From an uncultured Bacteroidales bacterium (GTDB lineage Bacteria > Bacillota_I > Bacilli_A > ML615J-28 > CAG-698), in NCBI GenBank assembly GCA_964411675.1, contig CAYPLR010000002.1, positions 25,536-89,535 of the forward strand: 64,000 bases of DNA, written 5' to 3'. Both the position numbers and the translations under genes were made by a program. Shown in pieces: positions 1 through 9,211 of the stretch. The notes under the pieces were generated by a model. That model searched no databases and was not told the origin of the DNA. It saw nothing but the letters and a program-made list of their open reading frames with translations. Each line of letters starts with the position of its first letter. Position 1 is the stretch's first letter.

Positions 1-2184
1 AAAAAATCTGGTGGTGTTACTCGTAGCCATTTACGATTTGGTAAAAACCCAATTCGTTCTCCATATTTAGTTACAGAGGCGGACTTTGTATCTTGCTCTT
101 TGGATACTTACATTGAAAAATATGATATGTTAAGTAAATTAAAAGTTGGTGGAAGATTCTTACTAAATACAGTAAAGAGTGAAGAAGAATTAATTCAATT
201 TATGCCTAATTCATTTAAGAAAGAATTAGCTAAAAAGAATGCAAAATTATATGTAATTGATGCTGTTACATTGGCAAGAGAAATTGGTTTGGGTAATCGT
301 ACCAATACGATTATGCAATCATCATTCTTTAAATTAAATGAACAAATTATGCCATATGAAGAAGCAAAAGAATTAATGAAAAAATACGCTTATAAAGCTT
401 ATATTAAAAAAGGCCAAGCTATTGTTGACTTGAACTACAAAGCAATTGAACTAGGCGCAGAAGGATTAAAGGAAATTAAAGTAGATCCATCATGGGTTAA
501 TTTACCACTTGAAAAAGTTGTTGAACAACCAAACCTTCCTAAGTTTGTGAAAGAAATTGCTAACCCAGTTAATGCAATCAAGGGTTATGATTTACCAGTT
601 TCTGTATTTAATGATTTCGTTGATGGTACAATGACTCCAGGTTCAGCTGCATATGAAAAACGTTATATCGCTCAATTCGTTCCAGTATGGAATAGCGATA
701 ACTGTATCCAATGTAACCAATGTTCATTCTCATGTCCTCATGGTGTTATTCGTCCATTCTTAGTGACTCCAGAAGAAGAAGCAAAGGCACCAAAGAGTGT
801 TAATTACCTTGCTGCTAATGGAAAAGGTCTAGAAGGCTTGAAGTTTACTATTCAAGTTTCTGTTGCTGATTGTACAGGTTGTGAAGTTTGTGTGAATACT
901 TGTCCAGGCAAAAAAGGAAACAAGGCATTATCAATGGCACCAATTGATGAAGCAATTCATCAAGAGAAAAATAAAGAAGCAGAATATTTCTTTGAAAATG
1001 TAACTTATAAATCAGATTTGGTAGATATCACAGCCAATTCTAAGAATTCACAATTTGCTCAACCATTATTTGAATTTAGTGGAGCCTGTGGTGGATGTGG
1101 TGAAACTCCATATATTAAGTTAGTTACACAATTATTTGGTGATCGTATGATCGTTGCCAATGCAACGGGATGCTCATCTATTTATGGAGGTTCATTCCCT
1201 GCAACACCATATACAGTAAACAAGGAAGGAAAGGGTCCTGCTTGGGCTAATTCATTGTTTGAAGATAACGCAGAGTTTGGTTATGGTATGCGTATGGCAA
1301 CAGAAACTATGCGTGACCGTATTGGTGTATTAATGGAACAAGCAATTGCAAACTGTACAAACGATGATAGTGAAGTGAAAGGATTATTCCAAGCTTGGTT
1401 AGACAACCGTGATAGTGGTGAAGAAACAAAGAAAATTGCAAAGAAATTACTTCCATTATTAGAAGCAAGTGGGTGCGAAACAGCAAAAGAAATCCTTAAA
1501 TTAAAAGAACATCTAATCAAACGTAGCCAATGGATTATTGGTGGTGATGGATGGGCTTACGATATTGGATATGGAGGACTTGATCACGTTATTGCTAACC
1601 AAGAAGATGTTAATATTTTAGTACTAGATACTGAAGTATATTCAAATACGGGTGGACAATCTTCTAAATCATCTCCAACAGCTTCTATCGCTAAGTTTAC
1701 TGCTTCAGGTAAAAAGGGAAAGAAGAAGGATTTAGCAGCAATTGCTATGAGTTATGGACATGTTTATGTAGCACAAATTTCTCATGGAGCTTCTCAAGCA
1801 CAAATGTTGAAAGCAATTAAAGAAGCAGAAAGCTACAAAGGGCCATCAATCGTTATTGCATATTCTCCATGTATCGCTCATGGTTTGAAATCAGGAATGG
1901 GCAAAACGCAAGAACAAGCAAAATTAGCTGTAGAATGCGGATATTGGACAACATTTAGATATGACCCAAGATTAGCAGAAGAAGGTAAAAATCCATTCCA
2001 ATTAGATTCAAAAGAACCAGATTGGAGCAAGTATGAAGACCATCTAATGACAGAAACAAGATATGCACAATTGAAACAAATTAATCCAGAAAAAGCATCA
2101 GCATTATTAGCATTAAATAAAGCTGAAGCTCAAAGAAGATATAAAATGTATCAAAGATACGTAGCAATGGATTATAGTAAATAA
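1..2184 (+). CDS. nifJ: pyruvate:ferredoxin (flavodoxin) oxidoreductase, C-terminal ~728 aa (5' end outside window)
   Basis: Frame is open from nt 1 (KSGGVTRSHLRFGKNP...). It carries the 2x[4Fe-4S] ferredoxin motifs CIQCNQCSFSCPH and CTGCEVCVNTCP and the TPP-domain motif GGDGWAYDIGYGG. Full-length PFOR is ~1170 aa, so the start lies upstream of the window. Confidence 0.9.
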   Translation, partial: KKSGGVTRSHLRFGKNPIRSPYLVTEADFVSCSLDTYIEKYDMLSKLKVGGRFLLNTVKSEEELIQFMPNSFKKELAKKNAKLYVIDAVTLAREIGLGNRTNTIMQSSFFKLNEQIMPYEEAKELMKKYAYKAYIKKGQAIVDLNYKAIELGAEGLKEIKVDPSWVNLPLEKVVEQPNLPKFVKEIANPVNAIKGYDLPVSVFNDFVDGTMTPGSAAYEKRYIAQFVPVWNSDNCIQCNQCSFSCPHGVIRPFLVTPEEEAKAPKSVNYLAANGKGLEGLKFTIQVSVADCTGCEVCVNTCPGKKGNKALSMAPIDEAIHQEKNKEAEYFFENVTYKSDLVDITANSKNSQFAQPLFEFSGACGGCGETPYIKLVTQLFGDRMIVANATGCSSIYGGSFPATPYTVNKEGKGPAWANSLFEDNAEFGYGMRMATETMRDRIGVLMEQAIANCTNDDSEVKGLFQAWLDNRDSGEETKKIAKKLLPLLEASGCETAKEILKLKEHLIKRSQWIIGGDGWAYDIGYGGLDHVIANQEDVNILVLDTEVYSNTGGQSSKSSPTASIAKFTASGKKGKKKDLAAIAMSYGHVYVAQISHGASQAQMLKAIKEAESYKGPSIVIAYSPCIAHGLKSGMGKTQEQAKLAVECGYWTTFRYDPRLAEEGKNPFQLDSKEPDWSKYEDHLMTETRYAQLKQINPEKASALLALNKAEAQRRYKMYQRYVAMDYSK

Positions 2185-2191
2185 CAAAATG

Positions 2192-2222
2192 AAAGGCTCT
2201 ATCAACAAGAGCCTTTTTTTTA
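2192..2222 (+). terminator. rho-independent terminator after PFOR
   Basis: Hairpin AGGCTCT-atcaaca-AGAGCCT followed by T8. Confidence 0.75.
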
Positions 2223-2278
2223 TCGTGACTTTTTAGAAATGTGGTATAATAAGATTAATATAAGAAAGGATAAATGAT

Positions 2279-3871
2279 ATGGGAAAAATATTCAAGATTA
2301 TAATAGGCTTAATTGGAACAATTGTATTCCTTGTTATTATTGGTGTTGTGGTATTTGTAGTTATGCTTACAGGGGGTGAGATACAAACTCCTGAGTATGT
2401 ACTAGATGATGACATAAGTTCAAGCTCTTATGTTAGTTATGCTATTGGAGAAAGTATTAAAGAAACAAAAGATACCAATATTATCGATATTACGTTAGAT
2501 GAGAAAGAATTGAATTATCTTTTAAATGCAATGCTAAGGGAATCAAAAGAAGAAATAGACACTTATCCACTTGAAATAGATTACATATATACCACGATTG
2601 ATGAAGAATCAGGACTAAATGTTTTTATCCCTGCTCGAGCGTTTTCCATTAGAACAGTAGTAAAGACAGCAGTTAAAATAACTCAAGTTGATCAAGATAT
2701 AACCATTGAATTGGTGGATTTTAAAATTGGAAGAATTTCTTTTGCTTCTAAAATATTAAGGACAATCATGGGAATTAATGCGGTTGAAGCGGAAATTGAA
2801 AGAACACTAGAAAGTAAAGGGATTGAAACAGAACTTGATTTAAGTAATTTTTCCTTTACGATAACAACCAATCAACTACAAAACATCATCCTAGATGCTT
2901 TAAAAGAAGATGATAATATCGAGTTATATAAAACAGTTTTTTCTATGTTTTTTTTAGAAGATAATGTTATCAATATTAATTTCGGAGCGGATAACAAAGC
3001 AGGAGTCACACTAGATTTACAAAAAATGAACTATGACGAAATCGTGGATGGAAAAGATGATATTGATTATAGTATTGCTTCTGCAGTAGCAAAAGTAGAA
3101 ACGATGTTGAATAATGATAGTTTAAGTGAGAAGGATTTATCAGCTGCATTTAGATATTTATTATTAGGCTATGACCGAATCAAAGATCAGGATTTAGTAA
3201 TCATTAATAAAATTGATTTTTCTTCCATCGGAATTTCTAGTAAATCAAGTTATCAAGGAATTATACCTCAAGAAGATTTCACTATGGCAGATGTTTTTAC
3301 CTCTATTACATTAGCAGATTTACTAATTAATCCAGGTTGGTTTACGATAAGAATTACAGAAACAGAATTAAATAAAATCTTTTTAGGAATGGATTTAGTA
3401 GGGACAGCATTTGCTTTTCCGTATTTAGAATCAGGAGAATATCATGTTTCCTATATAGCGCTAAGCTCATTTTATGTTGATATTTTTCAAGACATCATTG
3501 AAATCAAATTGGTTCTAGATGTGAATGGAAAAGAAACCATCATAAAAACAGAATTTATGGGAACAAAAAATCAAGATTTGTTGATAGAACTCGATTTTAC
3601 TGAATTGAATCTTGGTCAAATTATCGGGAGCGAAGCAGATCGAACCAATATCCTTAGTTATCTTGCTGATGTTTTAAAAGATGAAGCTTGGTTAGAAATG
3701 GATATTCCTAATAAAAAAATAATTTTCAACTTCGCAGAAATGATAACAACCAACGAAATATTACAAGATGTGATTGTTGAAACAGGAACCAAAGAAACAG
3801 AGTTTATTGGGACCAATTTAACAACCAATGGATATATTGAATTGAAGATGGAAATATCATTACTACCATAA
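2279..3871 (+). CDS. hypothetical membrane-anchored protein (N-terminal TM, ~490-aa extracytoplasmic domain)
   Basis: 530-aa ORF with hydrophobic N-terminus IIIGLIGTIVFLVIIGVVVFVVML. Extended -10 TGgTATAAT at 2242-2250 and RBS AGAAAGGA upstream. No recognisable catalytic motifs. Confidence 0.6.
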   Translation: MGKIFKIIIGLIGTIVFLVIIGVVVFVVMLTGGEIQTPEYVLDDDISSSSYVSYAIGESIKETKDTNIIDITLDEKELNYLLNAMLRESKEEIDTYPLEIDYIYTTIDEESGLNVFIPARAFSIRTVVKTAVKITQVDQDITIELVDFKIGRISFASKILRTIMGINAVEAEIERTLESKGIETELDLSNFSFTITTNQLQNIILDALKEDDNIELYKTVFSMFFLEDNVININFGADNKAGVTLDLQKMNYDEIVDGKDDIDYSIASAVAKVETMLNNDSLSEKDLSAAFRYLLLGYDRIKDQDLVIINKIDFSSIGISSKSSYQGIIPQEDFTMADVFTSITLADLLINPGWFTIRITETELNKIFLGMDLVGTAFAFPYLESGEYHVSYIALSSFYVDIFQDIIEIKLVLDVNGKETIIKTEFMGTKNQDLLIELDFTELNLGQIIGSEADRTNILSYLADVLKDEAWLEMDIPNKKIIFNFAEMITTNEILQDVIVETGTKETEFIGTNLTTNGYIELKMEISLLP

Positions 3872-3970
3872 TCCAAAGAAAGGCTTAATTTCTACTTTTT
3901 AAAAATAAAAAGAAAAGAACCAATAAAAACAACCTTTTGATTGTTTATATATTGAGTAGCAAGGAATACT

Positions 3971-4525
3971 ATGAATAGAGAAAGTGAAAATAGTAATAAT
4001 CTAATCGGAGAAAATATAAATGAACTTGTATATCAATTAAAAAAAGGGAATCTTGATGTTTTTGATGAATTCTATGAATTGACAAAAAAACAAGTTTTTT
4101 ATGCTATTATTGCTATTTTAAAAGACCAAAGTCTAGCTGAAGACATCATGCAAGATACCTATTTACGATTTTTAGATAAAATAAATTATTATAAAGATCG
4201 AACGAATGTAGTGGCATTTCTAGTAACAATCGCTCGCAATTTAGCAATCAATACTTTTAATCGCCGTAAAAAAGAAGTTATTTATGATATTTATGATCAC
4301 GATGATTCATTCCAAGCAGAACAAAAACAAGAAACGCCACTACTTAATTTAGTTATGGAGACTTTAGAAGGCGAGGAACTAGAAGTTTTTTTGCTACATG
4401 TTGTTGATGAATTAAAGCATCGAGAAATAGCAAAAATGATGAATAAACCATTAGGAACTATTACTTGGATTTATAATAATGCGGTTAAAAAAATGAAAAG
4501 GAAGGTGGGTGAAGAAAATGAATAA
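3971..4525 (+). CDS. RNA polymerase sigma factor, sigma-70 family (ECF-sized, regions 2 and 4 only)
   Basis: 184 aa. Region-2-like DIMQDTYLRFLDKINYY...IARNLAINTFNRRKK and region-4 HTH ELKHREIAKMMNKPLGTITWIYNNAVKKMKRK. Confidence 0.8.
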   Translation: MNRESENSNNLIGENINELVYQLKKGNLDVFDEFYELTKKQVFYAIIAILKDQSLAEDIMQDTYLRFLDKINYYKDRTNVVAFLVTIARNLAINTFNRRKKEVIYDIYDHDDSFQAEQKQETPLLNLVMETLEGEELEVFLLHVVDELKHREIAKMMNKPLGTITWIYNNAVKKMKRKVGEENE

Positions 4526-5594
4526 CTATGAAAAATTTGTTAATGACTTAAAAACAGAAGCAAGCAGTAAAAAGATTGCAAATTATAGTACAGTCATAAA
4601 AGCACAATATAAAATGAATCACACTCCTTCTATAAAACAGAATAAGATGTTTTTCAAATGGGGATTTTCTTTGCTTACTATATTGATTTTAGCTTTTGTT
4701 GGCTACTTGATTTGGGAGAATGATAAAATTAAACCAGCAACAGAAATACCAGGAATAGAAACTACGGAAGAGACCTATGCATTCGAAATCGCTGCTGCAG
4801 CAAATATGGTTTATAATATGAATTTAAGTGAAAGGCTGTTAAGTAGTTTTAATAACGACTATACTACGCTTGAATTAGCTAAAAGAGGTGTTGAAGGAAC
4901 TGCAATAGAGGATGTAGCCGCGGAACTAAACAAATATATATATACCATAAAACAATTACTTGATAACGAAGTGGTGGATGCAAAAGAAACAACGCTAGTT
5001 GATGGAGATTATCAATATCAAATGTCCATTAGTGCCAAGTTAAACGAAAGTGAAATGATGGAATATCAAATTCAATATAATAAAACAGATATTACCGAAA
5101 ATGCTTATCGACTTGATGGGTTCATCGACATCGATGGGAAAACATATATGATTAAAGGAGCTCAAGAAACCTTAGAAGAGCAACAAGTGCTCATTGTAAG
5201 AATTTATTTTAGCTCTAGTAATTTTATTTCTATTCATCAAGTAGTTGAAGAAGGAATGACAAAGTTTGTATACCGTGAATTTGTTAATCATCGTCGAACT
5301 AGTGAATTAGTAATTGGAATAGGTGAAAAAAGAGGATATCGAATTATTAGTATTGATTCTCGTGAAGGAAAAGTAAGAGGAAGTTTTGATGCTTTATATT
5401 ATGATTCAGAACTGATTATTCGTAGTAGATATGAACGATATCGAGGGAATATTAGAGTTGAAATCATGGATAGATTTGAAGTTAGGTATTACTTTGTTGG
5501 GGAAAAGAAAGAAATTATTATCAAAAAAAGCGATAATCTAGAGATAGACGATCGCTTTTTATTTACGAGAAAGATGGAACTAATGTTTACATAG
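4518..5594 (+). CDS. putative anti-sigma factor / single-pass membrane protein coupled to the sigma gene
   Basis: The ATG at 4518 overlaps the sigma stop (ATGAATAA) and is preceded by GGAAGGTGG. Topology is ~55-aa cytoplasmic N-terminus, one TM (FSLLTILILAFVGYLIW), then a ~280-aa external domain. The GTG at 4509 is the ORF-track start. Confidence 0.5.
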   Translation: MNNYEKFVNDLKTEASSKKIANYSTVIKAQYKMNHTPSIKQNKMFFKWGFSLLTILILAFVGYLIWENDKIKPATEIPGIETTEETYAFEIAAAANMVYNMNLSERLLSSFNNDYTTLELAKRGVEGTAIEDVAAELNKYIYTIKQLLDNEVVDAKETTLVDGDYQYQMSISAKLNESEMMEYQIQYNKTDITENAYRLDGFIDIDGKTYMIKGAQETLEEQQVLIVRIYFSSSNFISIHQVVEEGMTKFVYREFVNHRRTSELVIGIGEKRGYRIISIDSREGKVRGSFDALYYDSELIIRSRYERYRGNIRVEIMDRFEVRYYFVGEKKEIIIKKSDNLEIDDRFLFTRKMELMFT

Positions 5595-5636
5595 TATATT
5601 TTTTATGGTAGAATATTCAATGTAGGAGTAATTGAT

Positions 5637-6221
5637 ATGGAAATTAGGAAAAATGAAAAGTTACGTGAATATGAAGTTGAAATGTTACAATTAAAGGATC
5701 ATTATTCAAGAGAGTATCATACCATTACCAGTTATTACTGGCCAATAATTGCTCAAAACAAAAAAAGCTTGAAAAACCAAATTTACTATACTGGTGCAAT
5801 GATATGCATGCTTGTTTTTTTTGTTGTGATTATTCTCCTTGGAGGATTAAAAAACGAATATCTTTTATGGGGAAGCATAGTTTTTAGTCTTGTGTTAATC
5901 GGAGTAGGAGCAATTGTTACAACAAAAACATTAAAGAAAAAGAAAATCATTACAGAAGAATGGGACAAAAGCAATAAAAAAGTTCAAGAAATTCAGGAAA
6001 AGATTCACATGGTTGCTATCAAAGCTACTGAAGAAATTCCCTATGTTATTTTTTATAGTGAACACTATGAAGATATTATTTCAAAAAAGCTACAGGAAAA
6101 CAGTGAAGAATGGAAGAATTTAATCGAACAGGAAAAACAAAAAATGCTAGACTATACGGCAGGATCTATGGCATATAATGATGTAATCGGATATTATAAT
6201 CATTGGTCAGATAATTTCTAA
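5637..6221 (+). CDS. hypothetical membrane protein (2 TM)
   Basis: 194-aa ORF, RBS GTAGGAG, extended -10 TGgTAGAAT upstream. TM segments MICMLVFFVVIILLGG and IVFSLVLIGVGAIV. Confidence 0.5.
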   Translation: MEIRKNEKLREYEVEMLQLKDHYSREYHTITSYYWPIIAQNKKSLKNQIYYTGAMICMLVFFVVIILLGGLKNEYLLWGSIVFSLVLIGVGAIVTTKTLKKKKIITEEWDKSNKKVQEIQEKIHMVAIKATEEIPYVIFYSEHYEDIISKKLQENSEEWKNLIEQEKQKMLDYTAGSMAYNDVIGYYNHWSDNF

Positions 6222-6226
6222 CAAAT

Positions 6227-6258
6227 TAAGCACTTGATAAGTCAAGTGCTTTTCTTAT
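6227..6258 (+). terminator. rho-independent terminator
   Basis: AAGCACTTGA-taa-GTCAAGTGCTT followed by TTTCTTAT. Confidence 0.7.
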
Positions 6259-6332
6259 GGAAAAAAATTATTATATTCAAAGCAAACATTAAAAAAATTT
6301 GGTATAATAGTATAAGTTAAAAAGAGGTTACT

Positions 6333-7475
6333 ATGAAGAGAGTTTTATTATTAATCAATTTTTTAATCATGATATTGGTACTTATGGGTTGTAATGCTAG
6401 TCAAAGTAAAGTATATGATTTAAATTTTGATATGTATTACAACACAGTAAATAATGTAAAGATTGTATCTACAGTAAGAAACGAAGATAAATTAGAAAGA
6501 GTATATGAAGGAATCGAAGAAATTTTATTGCGAATTGATCGCTTGTTTAATGTTCAAATACAGGAAGATCAATACGAAACAGAATTAATGTTGGTTAACG
6601 AAAATGCGGGTATCAAGCCTGTCGTAGTAAGTGATGAAATAATCTTTGTTTTAAAGAAGGCACTGGAGGTTGCAAAACTATCTGAAGTTGATGGTGTAGC
6701 ATTATTTGATCCTACAATTGCTCCAGTATGGGATTGCTGGAATTTTATAGAATCTTATTATAGTATTTATAATCCCATTATTGGAACAGTACCTGATGAC
6801 ATTGAAGAGGTTTTACCACTGGTTGATTACCGAAAGGTTATGATTGACGAAGTAGAAAAAACAGTTTTCTTGGAGATGGAAGGAATGAAACTGGATCTAG
6901 GTGGAATTGTAAAGGGATATGTAGCGGATTGCATTCGTACCTATTTACAAGAAGAAGGATTTCAAGATGCGGTAATTGATATTGGAAAGAACATCATTCT
7001 TATGGGAAAGTATCAAGGAAAGGGTTGGAAAACCTCTCTACAAACTCCCTATATCGAACGTTATAACCACTCTCAAGAAGAACAAATGTATTATTATGGG
7101 AGATTGTATTTAAGTGATAAGACGATAGTAACTTCAGGGGTTTATGAAAAATATATCATGGATAAAGACCAAAAAGAATACCATCATATATTAGACCCGC
7201 GAACAGGATTTCCTTTTGATAATTCGGTCATTAGTGTTAGCGTGATTACCGATTCATCGATTGATGCAGATGGGTATAGTACAACACTATTGGCATTAGG
7301 ATTGGAAAAAGGAATGGAATTAGTGAATAAAACAAAAGGATTAGAAGTCATATATGTGATTAAAAATCAGGACAAATATGAAGTATATATTTCTAAAGGG
7401 CTGTTAGATCAGTTCGAATTTAATGAAAATGTAAAAAGTTTAGGTTATGAATATAAAGGAGTTTTTGGTGAATAA
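6333..7475 (+). CDS. apbE: FAD:protein FMN transferase (ApbE family) lipoprotein
   Basis: Signal peptide with lipobox LMGC. ApbE core GGIVKGYVADCIRTYL and the C-terminal ApbE motif region. Extended -10 TGgTATAAT at 6300-6308 and RBS AAAGAGG. Confidence 0.8.
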   Translation: MKRVLLLINFLIMILVLMGCNASQSKVYDLNFDMYYNTVNNVKIVSTVRNEDKLERVYEGIEEILLRIDRLFNVQIQEDQYETELMLVNENAGIKPVVVSDEIIFVLKKALEVAKLSEVDGVALFDPTIAPVWDCWNFIESYYSIYNPIIGTVPDDIEEVLPLVDYRKVMIDEVEKTVFLEMEGMKLDLGGIVKGYVADCIRTYLQEEGFQDAVIDIGKNIILMGKYQGKGWKTSLQTPYIERYNHSQEEQMYYYGRLYLSDKTIVTSGVYEKYIMDKDQKEYHHILDPRTGFPFDNSVISVSVITDSSIDADGYSTTLLALGLEKGMELVNKTKGLEVIYVIKNQDKYEVYISKGLLDQFEFNENVKSLGYEYKGVFGE

Positions 7476-8301
7476 TATGAGAACATTAGAAATAAAAAAT
7501 TTACATGCACGAGTTGAAGAAAAAGAAATACTAAAAGGAATTAATTTAAAAGTGAATACAGGGGAGGTTCATGCAATCATGGGACCAAATGGTACGGGGA
7601 AAAGCACGTTAGCTTCTGTAATCATGGGACATTATCGTTACCAAGTAACCGAAGGAGAAGTGAAACTAGACGATGAAGACCTACTAGCAATGTCAGTAGA
7701 TGAAAGAAGTCGTAAAGGTATTTTTCTTGCGATGCAATATCCAAATGAAATCAGTGGAATTACCAATTCTGATTTTATTAAAACAGCAATGCAAGCACGA
7801 CTTGCTGAAGGGGAACACATTTCCTTATTTAAGTTTATCAAACAATTTGATAAAGCGGTGGATGATTTAAAAATGAGAAAAGACTTACCACATCGATATC
7901 TAAATGAAGGATTTTCAGGTGGAGAAAAGAAACGAAATGAAATCTTACAAATGAAAATGTTGAAGCCTAGTTTTGCTATTCTTGATGAAATTGATTCAGG
8001 ATTAGACGTTGATGCATTAAGAATTGTCGGAGAAAATATCAATAATATGCGAAGCGATGATTTTGGAGCAATTATTATTACTCATTATCAAAGATTACTT
8101 GATTACCTTGATGTTGATTATGTTCATATTATTATGAATGGGAAAATTGTAAAATCAGGGGGAAAAGAATTGATTTCTAAGATTGATGCAGAAGGTTATG
8201 ATTGGATTAAAACGGAATTAGGAATTGAAGATGAAGAAATAGTGAATAAAAAAGCTCATGCTGTATTAGGATCTTGTGCATTTAAGACTTCTAAGGAGTA
8301 G
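7468..8301 (+). CDS. sufC: Fe-S cluster assembly ATPase SufC
   Basis: Walker A GPNGTGKST, ABC signature FSGGEKKR, Walker B ILDEIDSGLD. GTG 7468 sits 6 nt after AGGAG; an alternative ATG is at 7477. The ORF-track start 7447 lacks an RBS. Confidence 0.85.
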   Translation: MNNMRTLEIKNLHARVEEKEILKGINLKVNTGEVHAIMGPNGTGKSTLASVIMGHYRYQVTEGEVKLDDEDLLAMSVDERSRKGIFLAMQYPNEISGITNSDFIKTAMQARLAEGEHISLFKFIKQFDKAVDDLKMRKDLPHRYLNEGFSGGEKKRNEILQMKMLKPSFAILDEIDSGLDVDALRIVGENINNMRSDDFGAIIITHYQRLLDYLDVDYVHIIMNGKIVKSGGKELISKIDAEGYDWIKTELGIEDEEIVNKKAHAVLGSCAFKTSKE

Positions 8302-8305
8302 AAAA

Positions 8306-9199
8306 ATGAATTTAGAGAAAATTCAAAATGAGATTTTAGAAAAAGAAGATAATTTTGTAATCTTAGAGAACGGGAAAATAATTTATAGCTCTTATTCAAG
8401 TACTGATTTAAAAATAGAAAAAAACATGTCATTAAAAGTGATTCATTTTATTGATAAGAAAACTGAATTTGCTATTGAGATTGCTTCGGGAATATCCGCT
8501 AAAATAGAAGAAATTTATTATAGTGTAAAGAATAATGTGGAGATTCACACCAATATTACCATAGCAGATTATGCTTGTTTAGATTATTTAAATTTCGAAC
8601 GAAATGAAGACACTCAAAAAATAATCACCCATGTTAGCATTCATTTAGGGAAAGAAGCAAGAATTAATAATAAAAGCATTGCTCTTTTTGATGGTGAAGT
8701 TTCTTCTAATCAATATATTTATTTAGATGGCGAAGGAGCTATTAATGATAGTATTAATGTCGTTATTAATAGCAGTGAAGGAAAGCAGGATTTCACTTAT
8801 CACTTATATCATCAAGTTCCAAATACAAATTCTACAATGGTTAATTATGCGATTTGTAAGAAGAAATCATTACTAAATGCTAATACGCACGGAATCATTG
8901 TAAAAGGAGCAAAAAATACGAATTTATCACAAAAGGTAAAAGGATTATTAATGGATCCTGAAGCCATGATTAGTGCGAACCCTAAACTACAAATTGATGA
9001 ATATGATTGCATGGCTTCTCATGGGGCTTCTATTGGGGCTATTGATGAAGATGAATTATATTATTTAATGAGTCGAGGATTAACCAAAGAGGCAAGCGAA
9101 ACGCTTATTGTTGAAGGATTTATTAATCCATTTTTATTAGAAATAAAGAATGAAAAATTTCAAGACTATATTAAGTATTGGAGTAGTAGACATATATAG
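8306..9199 (+). CDS. sufD: Fe-S cluster assembly protein SufD
   Basis: SufB/D family C-terminal signature ...ASHGASIGAIDEDELYYLMSRGL. ATG 8306 sits 6 nt after AAGGAG. Confidence 0.8.
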   Translation: MNLEKIQNEILEKEDNFVILENGKIIYSSYSSTDLKIEKNMSLKVIHFIDKKTEFAIEIASGISAKIEEIYYSVKNNVEIHTNITIADYACLDYLNFERNEDTQKIITHVSIHLGKEARINNKSIALFDGEVSSNQYIYLDGEGAINDSINVVINSSEGKQDFTYHLYHQVPNTNSTMVNYAICKKKSLLNANTHGIIVKGAKNTNLSQKVKGLLMDPEAMISANPKLQIDEYDCMASHGASIGAIDEDELYYLMSRGLTKEASETLIVEGFINPFLLEIKNEKFQDYIKYWSSRHI

Positions 9200-9211
9200 A
9201 AGGTGGCTATC

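Noticed and set aside
1281-1520. Short antisense ORFs nested inside confidently assigned genes (for example 1281-1520, 7638-8042, 9810-10064, 21283-21537, 37886-38152, 39780-40088, 55266-55574, 62788-63147)
   Set aside because: Each lies entirely within a longer ORF with strong homology-type motifs on the other strand. They lack RBSs, and AT-rich genomes generate such open frames by chance.
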